Shown: in pieces, positions 39,645 through 52,199 of the stretch
Layout: each line of letters starts with the position of its first letter
How positions within the stretch are numbered: position 1 is the stretch's first letter
NCBI RefSeq assembly: GCF_006345805.1
Contig: NC_042999.1
Span: 12,400,001-12,464,000 of the forward strand
Length of the DNA: 64,000 nt
Source of the DNA: Octopus sinensis
Lineage: Eukaryota
Reading direction: 5' to 3'
The notes under the pieces: generated by a model
What the model was told of the DNA's origin: nothing
Seen by the model: only the letters and a program-made list of their open reading frames with translations
Database searches by the model: none
Position numbers and translations under genes: made by a program

Positions 39645-39990
39645 ATAAGAAAGACAACTGCACTTGTATGGTCATGTGATGCATATGGGTGAAGACAGCT
39701 GTGTAAAGAAGTGCCAATCTCTAACTGTGGAGGGAACCTGTGTTAGAGGTAGACCCAGGAAGACATGAGTCAAGGTGGTGAAGCATAATTTTTGAACTTT
39801 GGGCCTCATGAAGGCAATGGCTAATAACTGAGACTTTTGGTGATATGCTGTGTTTGAGAAGATCTGTCAAGATAAGTGAAATCATCGTTATGGTTGATGC
39901 TGCTGTCAAGTAACTGGCACCCATGCTGGTGGTGGCACATAAAAAGCACCTTTTGAGCATTGAGCCTCACAGAGGCAAGGTGGCTGATGC
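39645..39990 (+). mobile_element. RTE 3' fragment
   Basis: YGHVM...CVKKC..LTVEGTC.RGRPRKT remnant and start of 3'UTR. Confidence 0.8.
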
Positions 39991-40150
39991 TCTATTTAAC
40001 AACTGATTATGCGAAGAGATGATTTATGAGAGATTTTTTGTGTTAGAAAAACCTATCCTGATTCTGTGTGAGATCATAATCGAATAGTATCCTGAATTTC
40101 TTTTCTATAGCTTCACGAAACTAGTAAGGGAAGCTTACCATATGGAATTG

Positions 40151-41139
40151 TTAACAAAACAGTTTTGCTATGACAGACCTTGTTACTAGGGTAAAAAAGG
40201 GTCTTAAATAACGGTTATCTCCCTTACGCTGCAGAAATGCATTACTCGATTTGGTGTCGTTATTCGAAATAGAATTAAAATCGTTAATGTCATTATAACT
40301 TGATTTCATGTCCTGATTAATAGAGGTAGAATTAATGTCAATAGGATTTAATATAAGTAATTTTTTCTTTATAGCCTGCTTTATGTAAGGCAGAGTTATA
40401 AAATTCAGCTTTATTGTTGAAGATATCAACATTAGCAGATAATCTAGAAAGTTTAAGTGAAATGTTCCTAATATTAATATCCTTAGAGTGATTACTGAAA
40501 GAGTTAATATATTTTAAATTAGTTGAGGGTTTATGGTATGGGAAAAAACAAATCATTATTAAAGTTAAGGGTAATATCCAAAAAAGTTATATCATCGTCA
40601 AAAACAATGCTTAAGCCCATGTTTTGGAAAAATTTAACTATGCTATTCCTAACCCTTTGTAATTTTTGGTTAGAAGCATTTTGAAGGTAGAATAGACAAT
40701 CATCACGATATAGACCTCCGTTGATGTTTGGGAATTGGTCAACCATCTCATAAAGGATATATATACCGACCAAATCAGCGATTTGTGCTGAATCAGAACT
40801 TCTCATTGTGACATCAAAACTGTCAAGTGTATCTTTACAGACCCATAGCTTGTTATCAAATTTAATACTAGATTTTCTGGCAGCCAGCACGACATTAATT
40901 TCATCCCTGGTGAGACCTGCTCTGTTGCGAGTGAACCAGAGTGCCTTGTTAAGTACAATTGGGTTGATAGAGGAATAGAAACTAGAAATGTCAAATTGGA
41001 TAAACTTAGTGCACTTCTTGTTATTAATAGAACTAAACCAGTCGACCACTTGCAATGAATTAGACCGTAAATTAAGCTTTAATTTTTTAACTACCATTCT
41101 ATAAAATTTTACCTTTGTCTTCTTACATTGCACTTCCAT
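40151..41139 (-). mobile_element. Penelope-like element RT remnant, Naiad-type
   Basis: FIQFDISSFYSSI, FDVTMRSSDSAQIADLVGIYIL, GGLYRDD, TFLDITLN, YHKP..NLKYINSFSNH. Confidence 0.8.
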
Positions 41140-41481
41140 AAAATATATCTACTTCCATTCTTTAAGCTTTATTCCTATTATTCTATCGCTCTATATTTCT
41201 CCACTATTAGTTTTCTGCCCTGTCCAGTCAAGAGGTGGACACTAAATGAAGGTATGCAGACTAGTAATTCCACATGTTGCACTTGTGATCTTAAGACTGT
41301 GGTTTTGATTCCCAGACTGGGTAGTGCATTGTGTTCATCAGCAAATGAGTTAACCTTGTGAAGGACTGACATCCTATCCAGTGTATAATGGTGTAATCTC
41401 AGCCAGCCAAATCCCTTTGAAACCAGGTTAAGCCCTGGCCTTAAGGAGTCCTAGGAATCACAACAAACCTTGGTGTAAGTA

Positions 41482-41791
41482 CAGTGGAACCTTGGTTTAT
41501 GAACATCTCTCATCTTGAACAAATTGGTTTATGAACAATTTTTCAAACATAAAACATCTCGGGTGACGAATGGTGTCTCAAGTAATGAACAAACCAACAA
41601 GAGCAACAAACTGGGAGTATCAGCTGGAGAACCTCAGTTGCTGTCTGGCTTTTGCTCTGTGCACTTCCCTTCTTGAATTCAGTGCGGTTTCTTTTGAATG
41701 TCCTATAGGAAAAATAGTTTCAGTTTGTAAACGTATTGAGTGACAAACGACCTTCAAGAATGAATTCATTTTGTAAACCAAGGTTCAATTG
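41482..41791. mobile_element. Tigger/pogo-like MITE
   Basis: TA|CAGTGGAACCTTGGTTTA...TAAACCAAGGTTCAATTG|TA: TIRs with TA target duplication. Confidence 0.8.
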
Positions 41792-41889
41792 TAATGCCAT
41801 ATGCATTCAAATTTGACTGAGATTTAATTGAAACCCAAAAAATATATTGCAGACAATATTTCATTTTTTAAACTTTTATTATATTCTAG

Positions 41890-42003
<114 letters not shown>

Positions 42004-42133
42004 ACTGGTTGTAACCTTATATCTCACCACTCTCAATTCCTCTATTTTATTCCATTCCCTCCATAGTTTCATGTCTTTCTATTATCTTCTCATCTTACAT
42101 TTAAAAGCATTTCATTTCTTACTCCATATTTAT

Positions 42134-42139
42134 AATAAA
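42134..42139 (+). promoter_or_regulatory. Candidate ZC4H2 polyadenylation signal AATAAA
   Basis: AATAAA about 130 nt after the stop, followed by T-rich sequence. Confidence 0.5.
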
Positions 42140-43737
42140 AGTAATTTTTTTCCTCTTCCAATTTCGTTTTTCATTATTTCTCATCTACAAGTGTGGCTGT
42201 GAGGTGAAGAAGTTTTCCTCCCAGCCTTCAGTTTCAGTCCCACTGTGCAGCACCCAGGATAAGGATATCTGATTAGAGCTTTGTGAGTGGATTAGGTGAT
42301 TGTAATCCCATGGATTACTGTTATAGGGTGTAGTTGAGAAAGACACCAACCACTCTGCCTGCACCACCCAGGCTGAGCTGGTGGTCAAAGTCAAAGAACT
42401 GCTCAAAAATCGTCCCAGGAATGCATGTGCCAGGCTCTTGAGCTGGCTTAAGGCTGTGATGGAAACTGAGAGTCGAGTATCTCTCAGCAACAGTCTTGTT
42501 GATACTTTTATTTTGGGATGAGATATTATGTTTCATTTCCTTTTATGACACAGTCAAATTTAGGCCAAACACCCTGTATGTATATACATACATATGTGTG
42601 TGTGTGTGTGTGTGTGCACACATACATGCCAGCATGGACGACAGATGTTAAAAGATGATGACACTTACATATATGGTGGGCTTCTTGCAGTTTTCATCTA
42701 CCAAATTCACTTGCAAGGCTTTGGTTGGCCCAGTGCCAGTATAGGAGAAACTTGCCTAAGGTGTCACACAGTAAGCTTGAACTCAAGACCACATGATTGC
42801 AAAGTGAACTTCTTAACCACACAGCCATGCCTCTACCTGCCAGCATTCAAATTTAAGTTTTGTTCTCTGACATCCTGCATTTAGTAGTGAACCAGCAAAA
42901 CGTTTCTAGAAATTAATTTCTTAACTACAATGATGTCCATATTATTCTTAATGTGTTCCATCTGATTGAAACCTGAATTGCTAATCACTGTTGTATTTTG
43001 TCTTCAGCAAACAACTTTTAGATGATGTGTTCACAACAGACTTCATTAAGGTGAGTGGACTTTGAGACACTGTGACATTTCAATCTGTTTATGTCCCTAC
43101 ACTCAAAGCTACCCTTGGATTAATGAAGCTAAACCAGAATTGTGGTTCTTCATTATAGAATTCAACAAACAAATTGTTTACTGATGCAGGTTGATTTCTG
43201 CCAAACTGGTCATTTGTTTGCTGATCTCTATAAGCAGTTCTTGTTTAGATTCATTGATCCAGGTGAGATAGCTTTAACTGAAGAAACTCAGCAAGGTCAG
43301 AACACAGCTGTGTCTCAAAGTGTTTTACATCAATGTATGGAGTTTGTTCTTGATTCAAATCATCTGAAAGGAGAAATTGTTCACCAAAGACAAAATGTGA
43401 CAGCACTTAGCACATTCATGTCTGAATCTGCTGGAATGTATCAAGAATGAATATGTCATTGAGATGATTTAATAACTTGACTATCTGAGAGATTTTGCTT
43501 AAACCCACTTGATCATTGTTAGATATCTGATAAAATTACAACATAAAAAAATATTAGTTTAATGATAAATTAAGCATTACTCCTTATAAGATCAGAATAT
43601 TGGGAAAACAAAACCGTTTAAAAAAAGCAACTTGTAAAAACTGACATGGAATGCTCCTACTTTGATAACAACTGTCAATATGTGCAAAGAAGGTCAAATA
43701 TTTCTCTTGATTATTTTCTTTTGTTAAAAGACAGCAT

Positions 43738-43899
43738 CTATGAGAGGTCAAGGAGATGATCTGTATCATTGGTGTCTTGTACAGTTGAAGATTGTGGAAT
43801 AGCTTCTGATGCTTCAGTTGATAACATTCCAGGTGATAATGTGTCTTCTTTTTCCTTTTCTTCTGTCTGGCTCCTTCTTTTTGAACGAAGACTTGCATG
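43738..43899 (-). CDS. Probable terminal exon of the DUF21/CNNM-like gene (HASLRSKRRS...DTDHLLDLS*)
   Basis: Pyrimidine-rich acceptor cttgctttccag, phase 0 matching the previous exon, open to TAG; low-complexity tail not confirmed by homology. Confidence 0.65.
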   Translation of the reverse strand, partial: HASLRSKRRSQTEEKEKEDTLSPGMLSTEASEAIPQSSTVQDTNDTDHLLDLS

Positions 43900-44704
43900 C
43901 TGGAAAGCAAGTGAAGAATATGGATTAACAATCATCATCATTTTAACATCTACTTTTCCATGCATGCATGGATCAGCTGGAATTCATTTAGGCAGATTTT
44001 ATACAACCAGATACCCTTCCTTCTTCCAAATAAAGTAATATTTTTCCTCCATGACCGGACATGTTTTCATGGAAAATTGGAAATGGAGGACACTGACTAT
44101 AGAATGGTGACACTTATTTACAAAAATCACATGAGCTAAAGGCAAGGAAACGCTAACACACAAATATGTCTACATTTGTTGTACTTAGTTCTTGAAAAAC
44201 CAAAGAATATTTCAAACAGATTGGAATAAACTGAAATGCTTTCTGAGTCGAAGATATTAATATATCACACACAGGTGCATTTTTGTTCTGTTATCTATAG
44301 TACAGCTGCCCTTTCAGGACCCCACTGGGGTCAATCACCCTTCTGTGGGAAAGGCCGAGAAGAAATGTACGAGTGAAGGACAGGAGTGAATTTAATCGAC
44401 TGACCCCCCACCTTTTAGCCTTGTGCCAATGTTAGAAAAGTATATTTATCTATATTTACGCAGCGGCCAAATGTATGATGTTGCCAGGTGATGAATTAAA
44501 AGAAGACAATAAAAAGTTTTTGTTATGTGGAGAGAGAAAATGTTTAGCGCAGGGCGATGTGGTATAATTGAATGGCGAGGCTGAGAAAGAGAGAGAGTAT
44601 TTACTGATGGAAGTAGAAAAAAGTTTTGTGAAAACAAAAAAAAACTTTCTTCTATATCTTCTCTCCACACAGACACATTGTATATGAATGGACAGAGGTT
44701 AGAA

Positions 44705-47700
44705 TATAGCTTCCCAAAGTGGGCGATTTCAACTTACAGGTGGGAGATACGCGAATTTCTAGAAAATGGTGGGCAATATGAACATTTCGTGGGTGACAAT
44801 GAATTTTTAGAAATTAAGGGCAAGACTTCCTTTTGTACTCTCCCCCTCCAAAAAAAAAAACATCCCTTAAAAATAAAAAATTTCTACACAAACCCCCGTT
44901 TTTGGCTACGGAGAATACGAATCTGCAAAAAAATTGGCATTTTTGAAATTACCCCCCCCCCCCCCCCCATACACACAATTTCTTCATTTTTAACTTTTCC
45001 CCAAAAATATGCGGAGATAACGATTCTGAAAAAAATTCTTTTTTTGTCAAAATATGCGGAAAAAATACGGAGATTATGATTCTGAAAAAAAATTTCAAAA
45101 AATGTTTCTACTTAGGGTTAGCATTACGGAAAAAAAGTGAAAAATTGGCGGGGAAGAAATTTCAAAATTTCAATTTTTGGCAATTTTCCGGGATCTCCGT
45201 ATCCGAAAACGTGGGTATTTGGCATAATAATAATAATTTGCGAAAGATCGCCGTGATGCACGTTTATCGATTTGACTACTCGCATGAGTATAAAAAAAAA
45301 AAGCGGACTTGTGTATCGATTGAATGTTTTTGTCGCAGTCATCGAGATGGTTGTCATGCGGGCTAAAAATAGCAGCCAAATAGGCATAAAGTCCCGCGTA
45401 TAGAATTCAAATTTGCCAAAATTTTCTGAAAACTCCGGAAAATAAAAAAAAAAGTTATGTCGTGCGTAATTCTGTGGTTTCATATCAAAATACAAGGATG
45501 TTGACAAAATGTGCAGTCACGCACAAAATGACAGCTTAGAAATCGTGTTTCTTGACTGGGTGAAAATGATCAAATTTTAATTTATGAAATGCTGGCAGCC
45601 AAACGAACTAGATCCGTATTTGCTCCAGTAAAGACGTGTCATCTGACTCTGCTCTATCGATGACTTCTTCTCTTTGGGAAGACCATACTGCCTTTCAGAC
45701 GCCATCCAGTGAAATTCATTTTCACTTTACTGATGCCTCAAGTCAAGAACATTTCTCGACAGTGCAGTAGTGATTATTTATCGTTTGGATTTATTCCCTC
45801 CTCAAAACTGCCCGTTACCAATGTGTCTTCTTTGCCATCAAACATTGACCAACGAAGCCTTCATGCTTGAAGTTATTACTTTGATGCAAAGCATTCTGGC
45901 AAGAAGGAGAAGCCGTTAGCATACTTTTTGCAACTGAGCTCCTCTTTCAAAAAGCAAATCCAAACATTCAACACGCTACTCTAGGAAACAGGAGAATGAC
46001 GGGTTGATTGCATCGTACAACATTGCATTGCTTGTTGCTAAGCCTGGGAAGTCTCACACAATTGGAGAAACATTACTTCGCCCAGTTATCATCGAAGAGG
46101 TTTATCAACCGTTATACACGAAAAGCATGATAACATTATGAAGAAGATCCCACTTGGCAATAACAATTTCTCGACGCATCGATGAAAAGGGCCAACGATG
46201 TCAAACATCAGCTCATTAATGTTCTGAACTTTCTATACAAGTGGATGAATCAACTGTTGATGATGGTGTGTGTTCGGTATTTCAGTGAAGACTTTCAACC
46301 TTGTCAGGAAATGCTGTTCACTGAGAAATTGCCACTTAATTCAAAAGGTGCAACCATTTTTCACACTTTCAAGTCTTTCCTTTTTGAACATAATATCCCA
46401 CTCAGTAATATTCTTGCCTGTGCGTCTGATGGAACCCCTTCGATGATAGAAGGACAGAGATTTTTCCATCTCTCGTAAAGCGTGAAATTTCCCACCAGAC
46501 ACTAACTGTTCACTGCTTGGCACACCGGCAGCATTTAGTGGCAAAAAATATGAACAGCAGATTGAATGATGTGCTACAGTTATCTATGAAGACTGTGAAC
46601 AAATTGAAGTCCACTCCCTTGTCTGATCGAATTTTCCGTCAACTCTGTCTGAGAAATGATGAGGACCATACTAAACTCTTATACCATAACCGAAGTGCGG
46701 TGATTATCAAAAGGAAACTGTGTTTTACGCTTTATTAAACTGTTTTACATATATTTTCTTTGAAAATACTCCACTATCCGTTCCATTGATGGTTGCAAGG
46801 TGCGATATCTTTTATCTTTGTGATATTGTCACGAAACTAAATGATTTGAATAAGTTATTGCAAGGAAGCAGAAAAACACTCGTTGATTGTAAATCATCTA
46901 TCACTACCTTCATTTCGAAATTGGTGTTGTTTAAGACTAACATTTCAAATTCCACAACTTGATTCTTTGAAAGATGAATTGATTGATGAAGGTTTAACTA
47001 CATATTGCAACTATTTACAATTGCGCTGAATATTCCAAATCAGTATATCAAGCAATCCGTTTGAGGTCGATTGCTAGGATGATGTTCAGGACGAATTGAC
47101 AGAATTACAAAATGACGCCACAATGCTATATCGCTGTAATGACAAGGTTTGTGGCATCATTAGAATATATTGAATTCCTGCCACAATCTGTGGAAACATC
47201 TGAAATTACTTTCGCTTGCCTTCCCTACCTCATACCTGGTTAAATCTGGTTTTAACCATGTTGGAACTTTATTTTCCCATAAAAGAATTGGACTGGATGT
47301 AATACAACGAGAAGACTTGCGGCTAAAGTTGACAAGTTTGAAACCGAATGTATTCCCATTAAAAAGTTTTATTCGTTTCCTTTATAATACAATCATTCAT
47401 TATTTTTGCGTCGGTAGTTCTGATGAATGGTTCATTTGGGGAAAATGAAAATCAGTGCAAAAGAAAGCGCAAGTTTCCAGAAGTTAATTTGGCAGCATAA
47501 TATAGAGTTAACGTTAGACTTTTATTTACACTCATGGCAAAACTAAACCCACGATAAAGGATTTGTAAACAACCGCATATTTAGTTCAAACGGCACTAAC
47601 AGGGCAACGAGTCTACGATATAGTATGTGTGTCAAATGATACGGTTGGGGAAGGGTTCCAGGGGATTTTGTGTTGGTGGGGTCCGTCCGGATATTTCTTT

Positions 47701-47772
47701 TTTACACAGGTGGGCGATGGATCATTTTTTGGCCGATATTGCAATTTGGCGCGGAAAGTTTGGGAAACACTG
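44705..47772 (+). mobile_element. Decayed hAT (Buster/Charlie-type) transposon with a probable nested insertion at about 44820-45560
   Basis: Transposase remnants PMCLLC, KSHTIGETL, CASDGTPSM, HRQHLVAK, FPTSYLVKSGF; 3' TIR TTTGGGAAACACTG; degenerate 5' TIR; 8-bp flanks ggttagaa/agctagaa; GTGGGCGAT subterminal motifs at both ends. Confidence 0.8.
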
Positions 47773-49279
47773 AGCTAGAATGATGAATAGCTACATATTT
47801 CGATAGAGAGTTCAATTAAAAGAGTAATCAAGTGTAGTCGTGTATATTATTGTTTTACGTGTTCCAGCATAAAGGCTGTGGCAAGGCCGTTTTTATTAGG
47901 TCCAAATGCTTATTCGGATTCTCAGAATGGAAAACGATACATTAACAGAATGAAAAGAAGATAGGTAGATAGATACTGAGATGAAATGAAAATTATCTTG
48001 ATTGGTAAATAATTTGGACTGAGGTTTGTTTCTGACGAATGGAGAAATGGTGCTGGTGATGTGAATAGAAGAAACATTGTAAGGTGAATCGGGACAGAAT
48101 CGGTATTTATAGTTTCCCGCCCCTCCGTCCACGCATGCGCTTCGGCACACTGAATGATCGTCTGCCTCTTTGAAACTCGCAAAACGTGGACGACAACAAC
48201 GGACGATGGAAAGAAAGAATGAGAAAGTTGAGGGTAAGGTGTTTGTTTTTGTTTTAGCTTTATTCCAATAACTGTAATCAGGTCTGTTAAACCTTCATTA
48301 ACGTGTATACTCTGGCAGAATAACAATGTCTTGCTAAGAAGCCTTTCAACATTATCCACCACTCATGGCGACTATTTTCAATTCAATATTTCTATCATTT
48401 ATGGACATAAAATAAAATGTAGCGAAGCACTCGTGACTTTCAGAAACATTATTTCATACTTTGAACCATTGCAGTAAAGTACCTTTGTCAGTTGTTAGCT
48501 GTCAGGACACTGCACCCTTCAAAAATCCTGTGTTTCCCTAGATTCACCAACGCCATTCCTCATGTGCCCGTCCACCCTTTCCTCCTCTTTGTGACTCTTC
48601 TACCATCCGTGTTGATACCTTTTTGTGTTTTATTCTGTGTATCATGGACTTGTATCTTTTATTGCTGTCTTCTTTCTTTACTTGACTTACCCAAAAGGAT
48701 GAAAGGAAAAGTTAACCGTGGCAAAATTTGAACTCAGAATATAGCAACAGGCAAAATGCTGCTAAGCATTTCATTTAGCACACTAACAATTCTACCAGCT
48801 CGCTGCCTTTATAATTATAATAATAATAATCCTTTCTACTCTGGGCAGAAAGACTGAAATTTAGAGGGAAGGGGAAAGTCAATTACATAAACGTCTGTGC
48901 TCATCACCATCATTTAATGTTCACTTTCCATGCTGGCATGGGTTGATAGGCGCTGGCCAGGCAGAAGACTGCACCAAACTTCTGTGTCTGTTTCGGCATA
49001 GGTTTTATGGCTGGATGCCCTTCCTAACACCAACCACCCTGCAGAATGGACTGAGTGCTTTTTACATGGCACCAGCACAAGTAAGGTCAGTTTTGGCATG
49101 GTTTTTTTTTCCCCGCTGGATATCCTCTCAAACACCAACAACTTTACAGTGTGGACTGGATACTTTATACATAGTACCAGCACTGGCAGGGTCACCAAGT
49201 AACTTTGCAAGACAAGGAACCTTTGAGAGGGGTGGGGGCATTGGAAGAAAAGAACTTGTGCTAGGGCATACTCACTAGG

Positions 49280-49910
49280 AGCGAGGTTGTGTGGTGAGAA
49301 AGGTGAAACAATAAACTACATTATTAGCGAATGCAAGATGCTTGCACAAAAAGAATACGAGAGAAGAAGGTCTGATAACATTGACCGGTTTAGTGAGAAA
49401 TGGTGTGAGCACCAAGCAGAAAAGGTTGCTGAAAATGAACAATATAAGATCTTGTGGGAGACGTCCATCCAGTGTGACCAGTTTGCTGAGGTTAGAAAAC
49501 CTGACATTGTTGTCACAGATAAAGAAAAAGAACAAAACAATTATTATGGATGTTGCTTCACCATGAGACCACAGGGTGAATAAGAAGGAAAATGAGAAAG
49601 TGGAGAAATAGGAGGAACTGAAGTGGGAAATCAGAAAACTATAGAGAATGTGGCAAGTAGAAGTGGAACCGAATGTGGTTGGTGCAGTGGGAGCAGTTAG
49701 TGAAAGGTTGGATGCATGGCTTGAGAAGCTAGGGATTAGCATCAAAATGAGGCTGCTGCGGAAAACAGCCTTGTCAGGAACAAGGATTCTAAGGAGGGTG
49801 TTAGCAAGTTGAAGAGAAGGCCCAAAGGACCTCTGGCCATTGGATATAGCTGGCTCTTTTGGTATAACATCTGCAAGAGTGAAAGCATCATAGAGACGAT
49901 AATAATAAGA
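49280..49910 (+). mobile_element. R4/Dong-like non-LTR 3' fragment
   Basis: LCGEKGETINYIISEC knuckle remnant, KILWE..IQCD...RKPDIV, DVASP, EKVEK; (TAA)n tail. Confidence 0.82.
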
Positions 49911-49926
49911 AGGATTTTTTACTCAC

Positions 49927-50076
49927 TGTTGAAAGGGAATGAATGTTATAACATTTCTGTCTGCTTCGAGACACTTGAAGTTTATCATTGATATCAAGAG
50001 GAACTTCACTTTCATCAACTATCTCCTCCTGGATTAATTCTTCAATAACATCTTCAAGAGTGATAATCCCAATTAT
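49927..50076 (-). CDS. CNNM-like exon, end of CBS2 (IIGIITLEDVIEELIQEEIVDES...)
   Basis: actcag acceptor and gtgagt donor; hallmark GIITLEDVIEELI.EEI.DE motif. Confidence 0.93.
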
Positions 50077-50260
50077 CTGAGTAAAGATTTAAAAATAACA
50101 GATGTCATGTATACATACATCATCATCATCATCGTCATTTAACGTCCGTTCTCCATGCTAGCATAAATACACCATTTGCTCTTGAATACTCAAGAGGTTA
50201 TAGCCATAGATAAGACATATAAGATTTGTTATATCCCCTCTATAGAACATGTGGGTCTGT

Positions 50261-50340
50261 TACAGCTCCCAGATAGTACAGCTCCTAGATAGTACAGCTC
50301 CAGATAGTACAGCTCCTAGATAGTACAGCTCCCAGATAGT
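50261..50340. repeat. 16-bp minisatellite x5 (TACAGCTCCYAGATAG)
   Basis: Five near-exact copies. Confidence 0.9.
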
Positions 50341-51791
50341 ACACGTGGGTCTGGTGAAATAACATTGTCATTGTTAAGCTGGTGTTTGGAAGATAAATAA
50401 AAATGAAATTCTAATGGAAGGCATGAATTTAAATCACTTTAAAACAGGAAATTATTATCATAGAATGAGAGACAGTGTCAGTTTGCATGAAAAGGGTTAG
50501 ATATATATATTTCAGGTGGTGTCCATCAACATTCTTGACTAAAATCCAGAAAAACAATGTCTACTTGCTAGACAAGCTCACATCTACAAGCACACCTTCT
50601 GTCTCAAGGCTACAACTCTTCAAAGAGTCATCTCATCAGTCTAAAGTTGCTGCATAGATTTATAAGGCAATTTGAAAGGAATTAGGTTGCTATTGCTAGC
50701 AGGTAAAACGACTGTACAAAGGCTTCCTTACTGACTCATGAATAGTGATAAATAATGGTGTCTGCTGAATTATCCTAGGTACAGAGACACACTTGTGGTT
50801 GAGAAGTTTGTTTCCCAGCTATATGGTCTCCGGTTCAGTCCCACTGAACATGGGCCAACCAAAGCCTTGTCAGTGGATTTGGAAACTAAAAGAAATCTGT
50901 TTGTGTGTGCCAGTATGATATTCTGTATCAGACTTTAAAAAATAACCCTATGGTTGACTTGACTAACTAATCCCTGAAAGACACTACTCCGGCAGTCCAA
51001 TGGCTGAAATCAGTAAAAGAGCATCTGTGTGTGTGTGCACATAGGTCTATGTGTTAGTGCATCTTTCTCTTGACATAGTGTAACAGTTGTTAATGGGTGT
51101 CAACTTCATACAAATGGTATCCTTCATTTTTAATCTTCTGCCTGGGGAAATATTACATTGCTTGGAAACAAGTGAGGGTTGGCAACAGCAAGGGTATCTG
51201 GCTGTAGAAGATCTGCCATAATGAATTCCATTGAGTCCAATCCACACGACCATATAAAAGTGGATATTAATCTGATGGTTTAGTCTTTTTGATATCAACC
51301 TACCTGAGACAGTCTCTGGATCTATGATACAAGCACCTTGTTCTAAAGTGATTTAAATTAAAACCTTCCATCAAAATTTCATGTTAATTCATGTTTCAAA
51401 CCTCAACTTAAAGTTATTTTACTAAATTCTTTATTTTCAAAATTAATTGGAACAAAGGCGATCTGTTTCAGCAAAGATATGGCTATGAAAGGGTTAAAGA
51501 AAACATTTCTCCAATAAAAATAATTTAAAAGGTGAACATTCAAGTATTTATGGCAAGAATCCAAAGACAGCTCGTTTTATCAAGAAACAATAATGTATCA
51601 GACAGTTTTCATTAGATTTTTCTGTTAATATTTAGAATAATATTTAATATTCAAAATTAACTCAAATATATAGTTAATCGATATTTTCAAAAAATATATT
51701 AAGGCAAGTGCAAATCTAATCAACTTTGTAGAAAAACAGAAGTGAAATAAAAGATTGTTTGTAAAGAGAGAGTAAACAATGTGCAAGATAC

Positions 51792-51874
51792 CTTTGTATC
51801 AAGGGAAGAGATTGTTGCAGTTGTTGTGATAATAACATCACCTGGAATTTGTTCTCTCACAATACATAAATGAC
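51792..51874 (-). CDS. CNNM-like exon (SHLCIVREQIPGDVIITTTATISSLDTK)
   Basis: ttcaag acceptor and gtatct donor; completes the FQTGKSH motif; phase 1-0. Confidence 0.85.
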
Positions 51875-52199
51875 CTTGAAAAGATTGCAATATAGATATA
51901 TATAGGTGTGTATATGTGATAAAAATGTGGCTTAAAGGGACAACATAAGAACATACAGATTAGCAGGAATAAAAAAAATCACAATGGTCACAGAGAAACT
52001 CAACCCCCTCATCATCATGATTTTGACACCTTCTAATATTATTATTATTCAATTTAGCAGTGCCAACAACATAAGCGATAAGAGTGAGTGTACATGATAG
52101 ATGAACATGAGCAGAAAAAAAATATGATACAAGTATGTGTGTGTGTATGGTGGAGATAAGTGACATCGAGGACTGGAAGCCATCTGAATATTAGAAAAG

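Noticed and set aside
45740-47370. ZBED8/SCAND3-like host gene
   Set aside because: Many frameshifts and stops plus TIR remnants indicate a dead hAT transposon.
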